Shown here one piece after another: positions 8,912 to 17,925 of a DNA stretch of 64,000 nt. Position 1 is the first letter of the stretch; the number at the start of each line of letters is the position of its first letter. The translations under genes and the position numbers were made by a program. Source of the stretch: Candidatus Latescibacterota bacterium (GTDB lineage Bacteria; Latescibacterota; UBA2968); assembly GCA_047619225.1 (NCBI GenBank), contig JBLHJX010000002.1, positions 4,410 to 68,409 of the forward strand. Direction: 5' to 3'. The notes below the pieces were generated by a model. The model was not told the DNA's origin. It saw only the letters and a list, made by a program, of their open reading frames with translations, and did no database searches.

Positions 8912-8955
8912 AAAAAAAAGCGACTGTCCCAAAAGACAGCCGCTTTTTTATTTTC
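8912..8955. terminator. Bidirectional intrinsic terminator
   Basis: Stem GCGACTGTC (8920-8928) / GACAGCCGC (8935-8943) with one mismatch. An A8 run precedes it and a T6 run follows. It lies between convergent genes 6390..8789 and 9015..10100. Confidence 0.6.
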
Positions 8956-8979
8956 TAAATGAACCCGATCAACCCTCCC

Positions 8980-9013
8980 GCCTTTCATCCCCTTTAGGGG
9001 ACCGAGGGGTGCC
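8980..9013 (+). repeat. Fourth copy of the 34-bp GC-hairpin core
   Basis: GCCTTTCATCCCCTTTAGGGGACCGAGGGGTGCC is identical to the core of the 6322-6375 unit. It abuts the stop codon of 9015..10100. Confidence 0.85.
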
Positions 9014-9014
9014 C

Positions 9015-10100
9015 TTACTCTTTTCGCCCATACTGACGAATAAAGTCATCCGTCATCTGTCTCGCCTGATCATCACTAAACTGCTTGGGAGGTGACTTCA
9101 TAAAATAAGACGACGGCGCCAACAACGGCCCTTTAAGCCCATGCTCAAGCGCGAGCTTACAACACCGCACCGCATCAATCACCACACCCGCCGAATTCGG
9201 AGAATCCCACACTTCCAACTTCAGTTCCAAATTCAAAGGCACACCCCCAAACGTCTCACCTTCCATCCGAATCTGACACCACTTGCGATCTTCCAACCAC
9301 GGAATGTGATCACTTGGCCCCACGTGTACATTATCTGCACCCATATCATAATCCAGCTGCGACGTCACCGCTTGTGTCTTGCTGATCTTCTTCGACTCCA
9401 AACGCTCGCGCTCCAACATATTATAAAAATCCGTATTCCCACCAAAATTCAACTGATACGTATGCTTCAACTTCACACCCCGCTCACGAAACAAACGCGT
9501 CAACACACGGTGCGTAATCGTCGCGCCCACCTGTGACTTAATATCATCACCAATCATAGGCAAACCACGCTTTTCAAACCGCTCGGGCCAATGCCCCGTG
9601 CTCGCAATAAACACAGGCACACAGTTCACAAACCCACACCCAGCCTGCAAAATCTGCTCCACATACCACTTCGTAGCCTCTTCACTGCCCACTGGCAAAT
9701 AATTCACCACCACATCGGTTCGTGTCGCCTTCAAAATCTCAACCACATCCACCGTATCGCCATCCGCCTTCTCAATCATCTGCGACAAATATTTTCCCAA
9801 ACCATCGTGTGTCATCCCACGATGCACAGGCACATCCAAATGAGGCACATCCGCAAACTTAATCGTATTGTTCGGATAAGCAGCAATCGCCTCACTCAAA
9901 TCTTTGCCCACCTTATCTTTGGCAATATCAAAAGCCGCAGAAAACTCAATATCGCTAATATGCAAACCACCCAAAGTGGCGTGCATCAACCCAGGAACAA
10001 ACTCATCATCCTTTGCATCTTTATAAAACTCAACACCCTGCACCAACGATGATGCACAATTCCCAACGCCAATAATGGCAACACGAACCTTCCGAGCCAT
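9015..10100 (-). CDS. ino1: myo-Inositol-1-phosphate synthase (bacterial/archaeal type)
   Basis: 361 aa. The start [28 protein letters not shown]...FVPGLMH has a Rossmann GxGxxA motif and the overall MIPS pattern. Confidence 0.85.
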   Translation of the reverse strand: MARKVRVAIIGVGNCASSLVQGVEFYKDAKDDEFVPGLMHATLGGLHISDIEFSAAFDIAKDKVGKDLSEAIAAYPNNTIKFADVPHLDVPVHRGMTHDGLGKYLSQMIEKADGDTVDVVEILKATRTDVVVNYLPVGSEEATKWYVEQILQAGCGFVNCVPVFIASTGHWPERFEKRGLPMIGDDIKSQVGATITHRVLTRLFRERGVKLKHTYQLNFGGNTDFYNMLERERLESKKISKTQAVTSQLDYDMGADNVHVGPSDHIPWLEDRKWCQIRMEGETFGGVPLNLELKLEVWDSPNSAGVVIDAVRCCKLALEHGLKGPLLAPSSYFMKSPPKQFSDDQARQMTDDFIRQYGRKE

Positions 10101-10241
10101 AAAAACCTCCTGATAAGATCAATCGCTAAAATCACGCAGAACCGCACAAAAAACCATCCGCCGAACCACGCCTTAATCACTGTCGAAATTAAACTTCTGC
10201 AATTAACACTTATCAGACAAATCAATAATTACTATATTATC

Positions 10242-10258
10242 TATAGACAAAATCTATA
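10242..10258. promoter_or_regulatory. Candidate LysR-type (T-N11-A) operator
   Basis: The palindrome TATAGA-CAAAA-TCTATA contains T-N11-A. It sits in the divergent spacer between ino1 (start 10100) and the LysR gene (start 10388). Confidence 0.4.
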
Positions 10259-10276
10259 AATCAAAAAAATCCATAC

Positions 10277-10310
10277 ATCTCCCCCTTTTCCAAAGGGGAC
10301 ACAGGGGGAT
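10277..10310 (+). repeat. C-run/G-run hairpin element related in architecture to the 34-bp core
   Basis: ATCTCCCCCTTTTCCAAAGGGGACACAGGGGGAT. The inner stem is CCCCTTT/AAAGGGG and the alternative outer stem is TCCCCC/GGGGGA. The CCCC-T-rich-GGGGAC-N-GGGG layout matches 6287-6320. Confidence 0.5.
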
Positions 10311-10387
10311 TCGTCAGCAATGAATAGATTCTCCATTCAAGCTGACACATCCAACTCTTTTCACAGACCTTTTACGGAGTTTATCCC

Positions 10388-11308
10388 ATGAACCTCCACC
10401 ACCTACGCTACTTCCTCTCCGTCGCCCAAACCAGCAGCTTCAGCCAAGCCGCCCGCAACCAACACGTCACCCAACCCACCATAAGCAGTGGCATTTCTGA
10501 GCTTGAAAAAACACTCGGCGTCAAACTCTTCAACCGAGGCAGCCGCCACGTAGACCTCACACTCGAAGGCCGCACCCTCGTCCCATACGCCATGCAAGTC
10601 CAAGACCTCGTCGATGAAGCCTCAGACCGTTTGCTCCGCCACGACATCCTCCCCGGCGAAGGATTCCAATTTGGCGCCATCGATGCCGCCGTCACCTACC
10701 TCCTCCCCGACATCCTCAAAACCTACATGCACAACCACCCCCAAGTCGCCCTCTCCATCCAAGTCGCCCCATCGCGCTACCTCGTCGAAGACCTCCTCAT
10801 GAACCGCTCCGAATTCGCCGTCATCTCCCTCCCCTTTGACCACCCCCGCATCGAAACCATCTCCCTCTACCACGACGCCATGCCCCTTGTCGTCGGCGCA
10901 AACCACCCCCTCGCCACCCGCAAACGCATCACCCTCCAAGAAGTCGTACAACACCCCCTCATCCTCTTCCACGCCGACTCCATCTCCCGCAAAATTGTCG
11001 ACGAACGCTTCGCCGAAGCCGGCGTCTCCCCAGGTGCCATTATGGAAATGCGCAGCCCAGAAGCCATGCGCAAACTCGTAGAAGTAGGCGTCGGCATCTC
11101 CTTCCTACCCCAACTCGCCGTCCAAGAATCCCTCGAATCAAACCTCCTCCAAACCATCAACGTCACAGGCGTCTCCTTCAACCGCGAAATCGGCCTCGCC
11201 TGGCGACGCGGCCGCTACTTCGGCCCCGCCATCCGCTACCTCTTAGAAGCCATCTTCAAACAATACGGCGAAATCGATCAATGGCAAAAAAAATTGGGCA
11301 TAAAATAA
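10388..11308 (+). CDS. LysR-family transcriptional regulator
   Basis: 306 aa. MNLHHLRYFLSVAQTSSFSQAARNQHVTQPTISSGISELEKTLGVKLF is the canonical LTTR HTH. Confidence 0.85.
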   Translation: MNLHHLRYFLSVAQTSSFSQAARNQHVTQPTISSGISELEKTLGVKLFNRGSRHVDLTLEGRTLVPYAMQVQDLVDEASDRLLRHDILPGEGFQFGAIDAAVTYLLPDILKTYMHNHPQVALSIQVAPSRYLVEDLLMNRSEFAVISLPFDHPRIETISLYHDAMPLVVGANHPLATRKRITLQEVVQHPLILFHADSISRKIVDERFAEAGVSPGAIMEMRSPEAMRKLVEVGVGISFLPQLAVQESLESNLLQTINVTGVSFNREIGLAWRRGRYFGPAIRYLLEAIFKQYGEIDQWQKKLGIK

Positions 11309-11340
11309 CATCCCCATTATCCACGCCCTTGACTTTACAT

Positions 11341-11373
11341 AAAAAAGACCTGAACAAATCATGTCCAGGTCCT
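11341..11373 (-). terminator. Intrinsic terminator on the minus strand
   Basis: The minus strand reads GGACCTGgacatgatttgttCAGGTCTTTTTT. The stem arms lie at 11347-11352 and 11366-11371, and the T6 run corresponds to the plus-strand A-run at 11341-11346. Confidence 0.6.
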
Positions 11374-11575
11374 CCGTCTATAAATCAATAAATGCCATCA
11401 AGCACAGCGCACGACTCCCTTTGCACTGCGTTTGCACAACCACTTTATCTCGTAGGCCACTATCATCCCTTACGTCCACTAAGGGTATTTGCGCTGTGCT
11501 GCCTCCCCGGCATCTGAGGGGCGACTTTTTGCTTACTTTTTAGTCGTTTAAAAAGTAAGTCGCCGAAGGCATTAC
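11345..11575 (-). ncRNA. Candidate structured RNA (independent sRNA or long thiI 3' UTR), about 230 nt
   Basis: It is bounded downstream by terminator 11341..11373. It contains a perfect 11-bp long-range stem (11401-11411 / 11490-11500), the hairpin CCCTTA/TAAGGG (11467-11485) and the covarying hairpin module at 11532-11559. No protein-like ORF is present. Confidence 0.3.
11517..11572 (+). repeat. Copy 1 of the covarying hairpin module shared with 36860..36913 and 45210..45267
   Basis: TTGCTTACTTTTTAgtcgtTTAAAAAGTAAGTCGCCGAAGGCA. The same flanks (TTGC...TCGCCGAAGGCA) are present in copy 2. Confidence 0.6.
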
Positions 11576-11673
11576 AAGCAACAAACTCAAGATTTTCATC
11601 AAAACCATATAAACCGCAACCCCATTTATCTTATTGCCTTCTCTTCCCCTTCTTGCCTTTAACCTTCTCTCCC

Positions 11674-12840
11674 CTACAACTTAAACGTCTTCAATTCCAC
11701 CTGCTCAAGCGTCTGCGCAATCATCGCATCCAAATCAAGTTGAGCTTCAATTTTATGAACCATATCCAACTTCGCTTTTGTTTCCGGATGCTTCGGCACA
11801 AACACCGAACAACAATCTTCATACGGCTCAATCGACACCTCATACGTCCCAATCTTCCGTGCCACATCAATAATCTCTTCTTTATTATCCCCCGCCAACG
11901 GCCGTAAAATCGGCATCAACGTCACCTCTTCAATCGCCCGCATATTGGCCAACGTTTGCGACGCCACCTGCCCCACGTTATCCCCCGTCACCAAAGCCTG
12001 GCAGTTTGCCTTCTCTGCCAATGCCGCCGCAATACGCACCATACACCGCCGATACAAAATTACACGATAGCTCTCAAGTGTATGCGTCATAATATGTCGC
12101 TGAATCTCAACAAACGGCACCAAATACAAATCCGACACATACTGATACCGATTCAGTATATTCACCAACTCTTCAGTATTGCGCTGTGAATTGCGATCGG
12201 TATACGGCTGACTGTGAAAATGCACATAAGTCAAATGCACACCACGCTTCATAATCTTATACGACGCCACTGGCGAATCAATACCCGACGAAATCAAACT
12301 CATCGCGCGTTCATTTGCATCCACAGGCAAACCGCCCGGCGCAGAAACCTTCTCGGCATAAACAAAAAATCTCGACGCTGCAAGCTCAATATAAATTTCT
12401 AAATCAGCGCCTTTCATCTTCACCTGTGCGCCCGAACGTTCCTTCACATATGCACCTACATCGCGATTGATCTCTTCCGACGTCATAAAAAAAGATTTAT
12501 CGCTCCGCCGCGTCGACATTCTAAACGACTTAAATTCTGCTTTCTGTGCCAAAGCCCAAGCAGTCTCTCGCAAAGCCTCAATATTGCGATCAACAGTCAC
12601 AGCCTCAGAAAAATTCGCCACACCAAACACTTGGCTCAACCGCTCCCGAATCACATCCAAAGGAGACTCAGGAGTCAGCTCCAAAATCATTCGCCCATGC
12701 AAACGCCGCACAGCACCACGCGGCACATTTTTTAAAGACCGATCAATATTGCGCTGGAGCCGTTGCTCAAACTTGCCTCGGTTTTTACCTTTCAAACCAA
12801 TCTCGTGATAATGAATCAAAAATAAACGCGCGTTAGTCAT
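11674..12840 (-). CDS. thiI: tRNA 4-thiouridine synthase ThiI (no rhodanese domain)
   Basis: 388 aa. LIHYHEIGLKGKNRGKFEQRL matches the ferredoxin-like/THUMP start, and SGIDSPVA is the PP-loop. Confidence 0.9.
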   Translation of the reverse strand: MTNARLFLIHYHEIGLKGKNRGKFEQRLQRNIDRSLKNVPRGAVRRLHGRMILELTPESPLDVIRERLSQVFGVANFSEAVTVDRNIEALRETAWALAQKAEFKSFRMSTRRSDKSFFMTSEEINRDVGAYVKERSGAQVKMKGADLEIYIELAASRFFVYAEKVSAPGGLPVDANERAMSLISSGIDSPVASYKIMKRGVHLTYVHFHSQPYTDRNSQRNTEELVNILNRYQYVSDLYLVPFVEIQRHIMTHTLESYRVILYRRCMVRIAAALAEKANCQALVTGDNVGQVASQTLANMRAIEEVTLMPILRPLAGDNKEEIIDVARKIGTYEVSIEPYEDCCSVFVPKHPETKAKLDMVHKIEAQLDLDAMIAQTLEQVELKTFKL

Positions 12841-14396
12841 GAAACCTCTCGTTGCAAAATCACCATGGTAATATCATCTGTTCGCGGTGCATCCCCAATA
12901 AAAGCCACCACCTGGGACACAGTCTTATCAATCAAATCTTTAGGAGTCATATCTGTGCCTGCTTGTTCAAGCACATGCAAAAAACGATCATCATCAAACA
13001 AATCACTGCGGGCATTTTGTGCCTCAACCACCCCATCCGAATACAAAACCAAACGTTCACCAGGTGCCAACGTCACACAAACCGTTTCATACGGCTCATC
13101 GGGTCGCACAATTTTGGGCAATCCCAACGGATATCCACTCAAGTCAACCAACCGAGCCTTTTCACCCACCAAAATAGGCGGGCAATGTCCCGCACTGGCC
13201 ATCTGCACCACACCTGTTTGCACATCCAAAACCGCAACACAACACGTAATAAAGGTCGCCAAATCAATTTGGCCTTCCAAAGACGCATTGAGCCCATCCA
13301 ATATCCCTGCCGGCTCGATATGCCCTTCACATTCATACCGCAACATCTCATTAAATCGCAGCGCCGTTACAGCCGCTTCCATTGCTTTACCAGACACATC
13401 AGCCACCACAATCGCCAGCTTGGTCTTCTCTTTATCCAACCAACGATATGCATAATAATCCCCCCCCACACTGTTGGCCGGAATACATCGCCCCGACAAA
13501 TCATACCCCGTCAAATCAGGCACCGCAGGAGGTAACAAATCCATTTGCATATCATGAGCCGTTTGCAACTCATCTCGCATCTCGGCAAACTGCTGTGTAT
13601 AACGCAACCACTGGCGTGCTTCTTCACCCAATGTTTGCTCATACGCCGATGCAAACAACCCACATGAAAACGGTGCAAAAGCAAGAACAAACAGCACCTG
13701 CACATCCGATTCGGGCGCCAAATATTCAACGATACTGATCACACACATCAAAACAGCCAAAGCAGCCAGAATCAACACCACATGTTTCCAAAACCCATAC
13801 CGCTCAACAGCTTTACGGCTTTCCACATACGCTTCATCCAAACGCAATCCACGATCTGCCGCCAGCAAATACATATAAAAACATTTAATCACAAAAAACA
13901 AACCCGGCAAAAATAACAAAAAAAATGTAAGCGCAACGGTCACTAAAATGACATTCTGAGACCTCAAAAAAGCCACAATATCTTCTGGGCCAATCGCAAT
14001 CATCCAAGGTGTGTCTTCTATAATGCGATTGCGAAAAGCATTGAGCATAGCAGCAAATACTTCACTTTGCAAAAACAACGGTACCGCAATCAGCAATATG
14101 CCCAAAATAAAAAACAGCATAATAAAAACAGTAATTGAAAAAAACCGAAGAAAACGCTTCACTTGGCCAAAAAGATCACGGAAATGAGGACGTTGTCCTT
14201 GCACACCTCGCAAAGTCATCAACAACAACCCCGCATACAAACTGCCCATCAACAACGTGCCCGAAAGCATACTCAACCCAAACGCAATCACCGATGCGGC
14301 AAACAAAATAGGAATATTGCTTGCCCACACAGATAACGCATCTGTAAAACATTTTCGGATACGTAATGTTGCATGATATGGAATTTCAAGTGCCAT
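12837..14396 (-). CDS. Membrane-anchored PP2C (SpoIIE/RsbU-type) phosphatase, paralogue of 4558..6213
   Basis: 519 aa. The N-terminal block SGTLLMGSLYAGLLL..RDLFGQVKRF and the C-terminal block DMQMDLLP..GDYYAYRWLD..VVADVSGKAMEAA..LVLYSDGVVEA..DDITMVIL align with the paralogue. Its stop overlaps the thiI start by 4 nt. Confidence 0.85.
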   Translation of the reverse strand: MALEIPYHATLRIRKCFTDALSVWASNIPILFAASVIAFGLSMLSGTLLMGSLYAGLLLMTLRGVQGQRPHFRDLFGQVKRFLRFFSITVFIMLFFILGILLIAVPLFLQSEVFAAMLNAFRNRIIEDTPWMIAIGPEDIVAFLRSQNVILVTVALTFFLLFLPGLFFVIKCFYMYLLAADRGLRLDEAYVESRKAVERYGFWKHVVLILAALAVLMCVISIVEYLAPESDVQVLFVLAFAPFSCGLFASAYEQTLGEEARQWLRYTQQFAEMRDELQTAHDMQMDLLPPAVPDLTGYDLSGRCIPANSVGGDYYAYRWLDKEKTKLAIVVADVSGKAMEAAVTALRFNEMLRYECEGHIEPAGILDGLNASLEGQIDLATFITCCVAVLDVQTGVVQMASAGHCPPILVGEKARLVDLSGYPLGLPKIVRPDEPYETVCVTLAPGERLVLYSDGVVEAQNARSDLFDDDRFLHVLEQAGTDMTPKDLIDKTVSQVVAFIGDAPRTDDITMVILQREVS

Positions 14397-14411
14397 AAAA
14401 AAACCAATCTT

Positions 14412-14446
14412 GATAGATCAAAAAGATGTTACATCTACGATCTATC
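14412..14446 (-). promoter_or_regulatory. Nested inverted repeats in the leader/promoter of 12837..14396
   Basis: GATAGATC (14412-14419) and GATCTATC (14439-14446) flank the palindrome AGATGTTACATCT (14424-14436). Confidence 0.35.
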
Positions 14447-14478
14447 GTTTACTTTCTGCCATCTTCCTTCTCCCGCTT

Positions 14479-14520
14479 CAAAAAAACACTCCGCCCCCTT
14501 GCGCACAAGGGCGACGGAGC
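14479..14520 (-). terminator. Intrinsic terminator ending the psp/ECF/kinase/activator transcription unit
   Basis: The minus strand reads CTCCGTCGCCCTTGtgcgCAAGGGGGCGGAG followed by TGTTTTTTTT. Confidence 0.7.
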
Positions 14521-14605
14521 AAATATCCGCGCTAAAAGATAGGCGTTTGCAATCAGAAAATCAAGCAAAGGTCTTCATAACCATTATTCAGGTTACCAGT
14601 GGTTC

Positions 14606-16015
14606 TTAATTGTCTTTACCCAATTTATATTTTCGATACAGATGCCGAAACTGATCATAACTGAGCTGGAGCTGCTTAGCGGCCTCGCGCTGATTCCAAT
14701 CCACTTCATTTAAAGTACGGCGCAACAACCCCAACTCAAACGCACGTATTTGGCCCTCAAACCCATCACCCGTATCGCCTGCCAAAAGCACGCGTTCTGT
14801 AATTTCGGGCGACAAATCACCCAAATCAATCTTTTCTCCCTTGGCCATACACGCCGCACGTTCAGCAGCAAACTTAACCTCGCGCACATTGCCCGGCCAA
14901 TGATAAGCCAACATATGTTCCAATGCCGCTTTTGAAAATGCGCGTTTTTTTAAACCGGGCATTTCTTGCACCATCTGTTCAACAAAAAAATCGGCCAAAG
15001 CCGGAATATCTTCTCTGCGTTCTCGAAGCGGTGCAATGCGCAACACTTCAAAACGCAACCGATCATACAAATCCTGTCGAAAACGACCCTCTGCAATATC
15101 CTTCTCCAAATCGGCATTGGTCGCCGCAATAATACGCACATTCACAGAAATGGGCGTTGCGCTGCCCACCCGTTGAATTTCTTGATATTCAATGGCCCGC
15201 AACACATTTTGTTGAAACTCAGGTGTGGTATTGCCAATTTCATCCAAAAGAATGGTGCCACCATCGGCCGCCTCAAACTTGCCAATGCGCGCTTCCGTCG
15301 CACCCGTATAAGCCCCTTTTTCATGGCCAAACAACTCGGCTTCTAACAACTGATCCGACAATGCCGCACAATTTACCTTCACAAAGGGCCGATCTTTACG
15401 AACGCCACCATAATGAATCGCGGCTGCAACTAGCTCTTTCCCCGTGCCGGGTTCACCCAAAATCAGCGCTGGACGTGGAATCGACGCAATCGCATAGGCT
15501 TGGTTTAAAACCTGCTGCATTTGAGGGCTAGACCCAATCACCTGATACCGCTTGCCAAACTCATCGCGATAAAATTGATTTTGGCGACCCAAATCGGCCA
15601 CCTCCGCCCGCAAACGCGCATTTTCACTCACGGCCTGTCGCATCCGATCCAACTTTTCCAAACTCAGCTCAATCTTATCTTCAATATAAAAATCTTTCTC
15701 AATAAAATCTGTCGCACCCAATCGCAAGGCTGCCACAGCCGTATCAACCGTACCTTGCCCAGTCAACATAATCACGGGCAAATCAGGCACCACCTCGCGC
15801 ATTTGAGGCAAAATCTCTAACCCATCGGGTTCCCCAGGGCCAAAATCCAAATCCAAAATAACCAAAGCAACATCGTCCGGATGTGCTTTCAAATACGCCA
15901 ATGCCTCACGCCCAGTTGAAAATGCCTGAACCGAACGCGCATCATCTTGCAAACTCCGAATGAGCATATCCAACACTTCAACCTGATCATCCGCAACCAA
16001 AATCTGAGAACTCAT
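14606..16015 (-). CDS. Sigma-54-dependent response regulator (REC + AAA+ + Fis-type HTH, NtrC family)
   Basis: Track ORF extends to 16024; I use ATG 16015. It has a receiver domain (ILVADDQ...VILDLDF), a Walker A (GEPGTGKE), the sigma-54 contact loop (ELFGHEKGAYTGA) and a C-terminal HTH. Confidence 0.9.
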   Translation of the reverse strand: MSSQILVADDQVEVLDMLIRSLQDDARSVQAFSTGREALAYLKAHPDDVALVILDLDFGPGEPDGLEILPQMREVVPDLPVIMLTGQGTVDTAVAALRLGATDFIEKDFYIEDKIELSLEKLDRMRQAVSENARLRAEVADLGRQNQFYRDEFGKRYQVIGSSPQMQQVLNQAYAIASIPRPALILGEPGTGKELVAAAIHYGGVRKDRPFVKVNCAALSDQLLEAELFGHEKGAYTGATEARIGKFEAADGGTILLDEIGNTTPEFQQNVLRAIEYQEIQRVGSATPISVNVRIIAATNADLEKDIAEGRFRQDLYDRLRFEVLRIAPLRERREDIPALADFFVEQMVQEMPGLKKRAFSKAALEHMLAYHWPGNVREVKFAAERAACMAKGEKIDLGDLSPEITERVLLAGDTGDGFEGQIRAFELGLLRRTLNEVDWNQREAAKQLQLSYDQFRHLYRKYKLGKDN

Positions 16016-16081
16016 AAACACCACAATCCATATCGCTTAAAGTTTTAAAATTCTGATTGGGCCTTCTCCTTCTTACCGCCT

Positions 16082-17713
16082 TTATCTTACAAACTCTTCC
16101 GCAATAGGATCACGTGACGCATCTGTCAGATTACGCTGCAACCCAATGCTATCCTCCTCTGAAGATACCTCAAAGTCGATAGGTAAATCAATACGAAAAA
16201 CAGCCCCCGCCCCTTCTTGGCTAATCAAACGCAACGTACCTCGGTGTGCAGATACAATACGCGAACAAATACTCAGTCCATAACCATTGCCATGTTCACG
16301 CGTTGAAAACCCAGGATCAAAAATATGCTGTTGCAAATCGTCAGGTATACCAGGCCCATTGTCTTCCACTTCAATATACACCGAATTGCGTTCCCCATCT
16401 GCCCCCACCTGAATAACCACCCGCCCATCATCTGAAACCGCATCAATGGCATTAAGAGCCAAATTGGTCACCGCTTCACTCAGCATAGCCGCATCAGCCT
16501 TTACCTGAGGCACTTTATTCTCAGCCGCAAATGTCACTGCCTTTTGCCCCGCACGCGGTTGAATAGACCCAACGGCCCGCTCAATCAACGCCACCACATT
16601 CACCAAGGTCAAATTCATAGCCTCTTGTTTCATCGACCGTAAGTAAGCCACCCACTGGTAATAAACCTCTTCCTGCTCTTCCGTAATCTCTTGTAAATCT
16701 GCCATACCAGGAGCATCCTCAGGCAGCTTGCGCAAAGTGCGGCGCATGCGACTGCCCGACAAACCCATCAAATTTTTAATGCGATGACCGTGTGTGTACA
16801 AGCTTTCATAAACCTGTGCACGCCCCAAATCGATCAGTTCCAGAGACAACCGCGACAAAATAGAAGGGGCTTGTACGCCAAACTCCTCCGTGATATTTGC
16901 AAACTCCATCGTCATTTGGGCCGAGCTCATATGATGAAAAAGCAAACGGGCAAAGTTGCCATAAGGCAACGTATAATCTGGCTCCAATTGAATGGCAATT
17001 TTGAACTCACCCAAGGCAGGCAAGATCTGACCCGTTTTCATCAACAACACACCCAAATTGTTGTGCCCCGGCGCAAACAACGAATCCACTTCCAAACCAC
17101 GCCGATACACATCAATCGCCCGCCGATTGTAATCGGGAAAATCGTCGAGCAAACTGGCCAACAAAAAACACACCCGATCCAAAGACGCAAACTCAGCCCC
17201 AGCCTCACAAGCCAATACAATGGCATCTAATTGAGCAACCGCCTTTTGTCGATCTGCCGACCCAGGCGCAGCCCCACGTGCATAAAGCAACGCCAACTGA
17301 AAGCGCGCACGAAAATGATTGGCATCACAATCAATGGCCTTTGAAAACGCACGTTCAGCATCTTTTTCTTGCCCAAGCTTAACGGCACACAAACCCCATT
17401 GAAAATGAAGATCTGCACGCTGCGAGTCATGTTCCAAACACACTTGAAAACGTGCTTGTGCAACATCCCACATGCCTTGTCGATACGCCACCACGCCCAA
17501 ATTATGCATTGCCCGAATATCGCGCTCATCGACCAATAAAGCAGCCTCATAAGCACGTTGAGCATCTGAAAAATCGTCTGTCAAAAGTGCAGCATCACCC
17601 TCACGCGTCTTCAACCGCGCCGCTTCATGCCCCGACTCAGGCAATTCAGATGCAGGATCTATCCGATCCGAAGGTCGCGGCAAAGCATGGGTTATATTTT
17701 CTGTTTTGTCCAT
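16082..17713 (-). CDS. Soluble TPR-repeat histidine kinase (HisKA_2-like H-box + HATPase)
   Basis: Track ORF extends to 17740; I use ATG 17713. It has N-terminal TPR-like repeats, the H-box LYTHGHRIKNLMGL, and N/G boxes (LNAIDA, EDNGPGIP, GNGYGL). No TM segment is seen. Confidence 0.8.
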   Translation of the reverse strand: MDKTENITHALPRPSDRIDPASELPESGHEAARLKTREGDAALLTDDFSDAQRAYEAALLVDERDIRAMHNLGVVAYRQGMWDVAQARFQVCLEHDSQRADLHFQWGLCAVKLGQEKDAERAFSKAIDCDANHFRARFQLALLYARGAAPGSADRQKAVAQLDAIVLACEAGAEFASLDRVCFLLASLLDDFPDYNRRAIDVYRRGLEVDSLFAPGHNNLGVLLMKTGQILPALGEFKIAIQLEPDYTLPYGNFARLLFHHMSSAQMTMEFANITEEFGVQAPSILSRLSLELIDLGRAQVYESLYTHGHRIKNLMGLSGSRMRRTLRKLPEDAPGMADLQEITEEQEEVYYQWVAYLRSMKQEAMNLTLVNVVALIERAVGSIQPRAGQKAVTFAAENKVPQVKADAAMLSEAVTNLALNAIDAVSDDGRVVIQVGADGERNSVYIEVEDNGPGIPDDLQQHIFDPGFSTREHGNGYGLSICSRIVSAHRGTLRLISQEGAGAVFRIDLPIDFEVSSEEDSIGLQRNLTDASRDPIAEEFVR

Positions 17714-17748
17714 AAATTCACCAATAAAATAAAGCCACAAATCTAATA

Positions 17749-17794
17749 GTCACAAGTCAAAACTTATAAATGCCCAATTGTTTTGACTTGTGAC
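17749..17794 (-). other. Perfect 15-bp hairpin between the ECF sigma gene and the kinase gene
   Basis: GTCACAAGTCAAAAC (17749-17763) pairs with GTTTTGACTTGTGAC (17780-17794) around a 16-nt loop. No clean U-run follows on the minus strand, so it could be an attenuator, processing site or operator. Confidence 0.5.
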
Positions 17795-17925
17795 CTAAAA
17801 CCTAAGACCTGTGACTGCTATGACTACTTTCTGCCTTTTTACCCGTCACTTTCTACGTCACTCTCTATATCTATAACTTAATGTATATGTCTTGCCCCAT
17901 GCAAGCGCATTTCACAGTGCACATC

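Noticed and set aside
12852-13738. Plus-strand ORFs (12852..13535, 12865..13455, 13382..13738) inside the second PP2C gene, and similar ones inside thiI, the NtrC-like gene, the kinase, gltB and gltD
   Set aside because: They are shadow ORFs opposite genes with clear family motifs.
14397-14478. Sigma-54 promoter upstream of the second PP2C gene (TGGCAG-N5-AAACG)
   Set aside because: The -12 GC is missing at the required spacing, so only the -24-like half matches.
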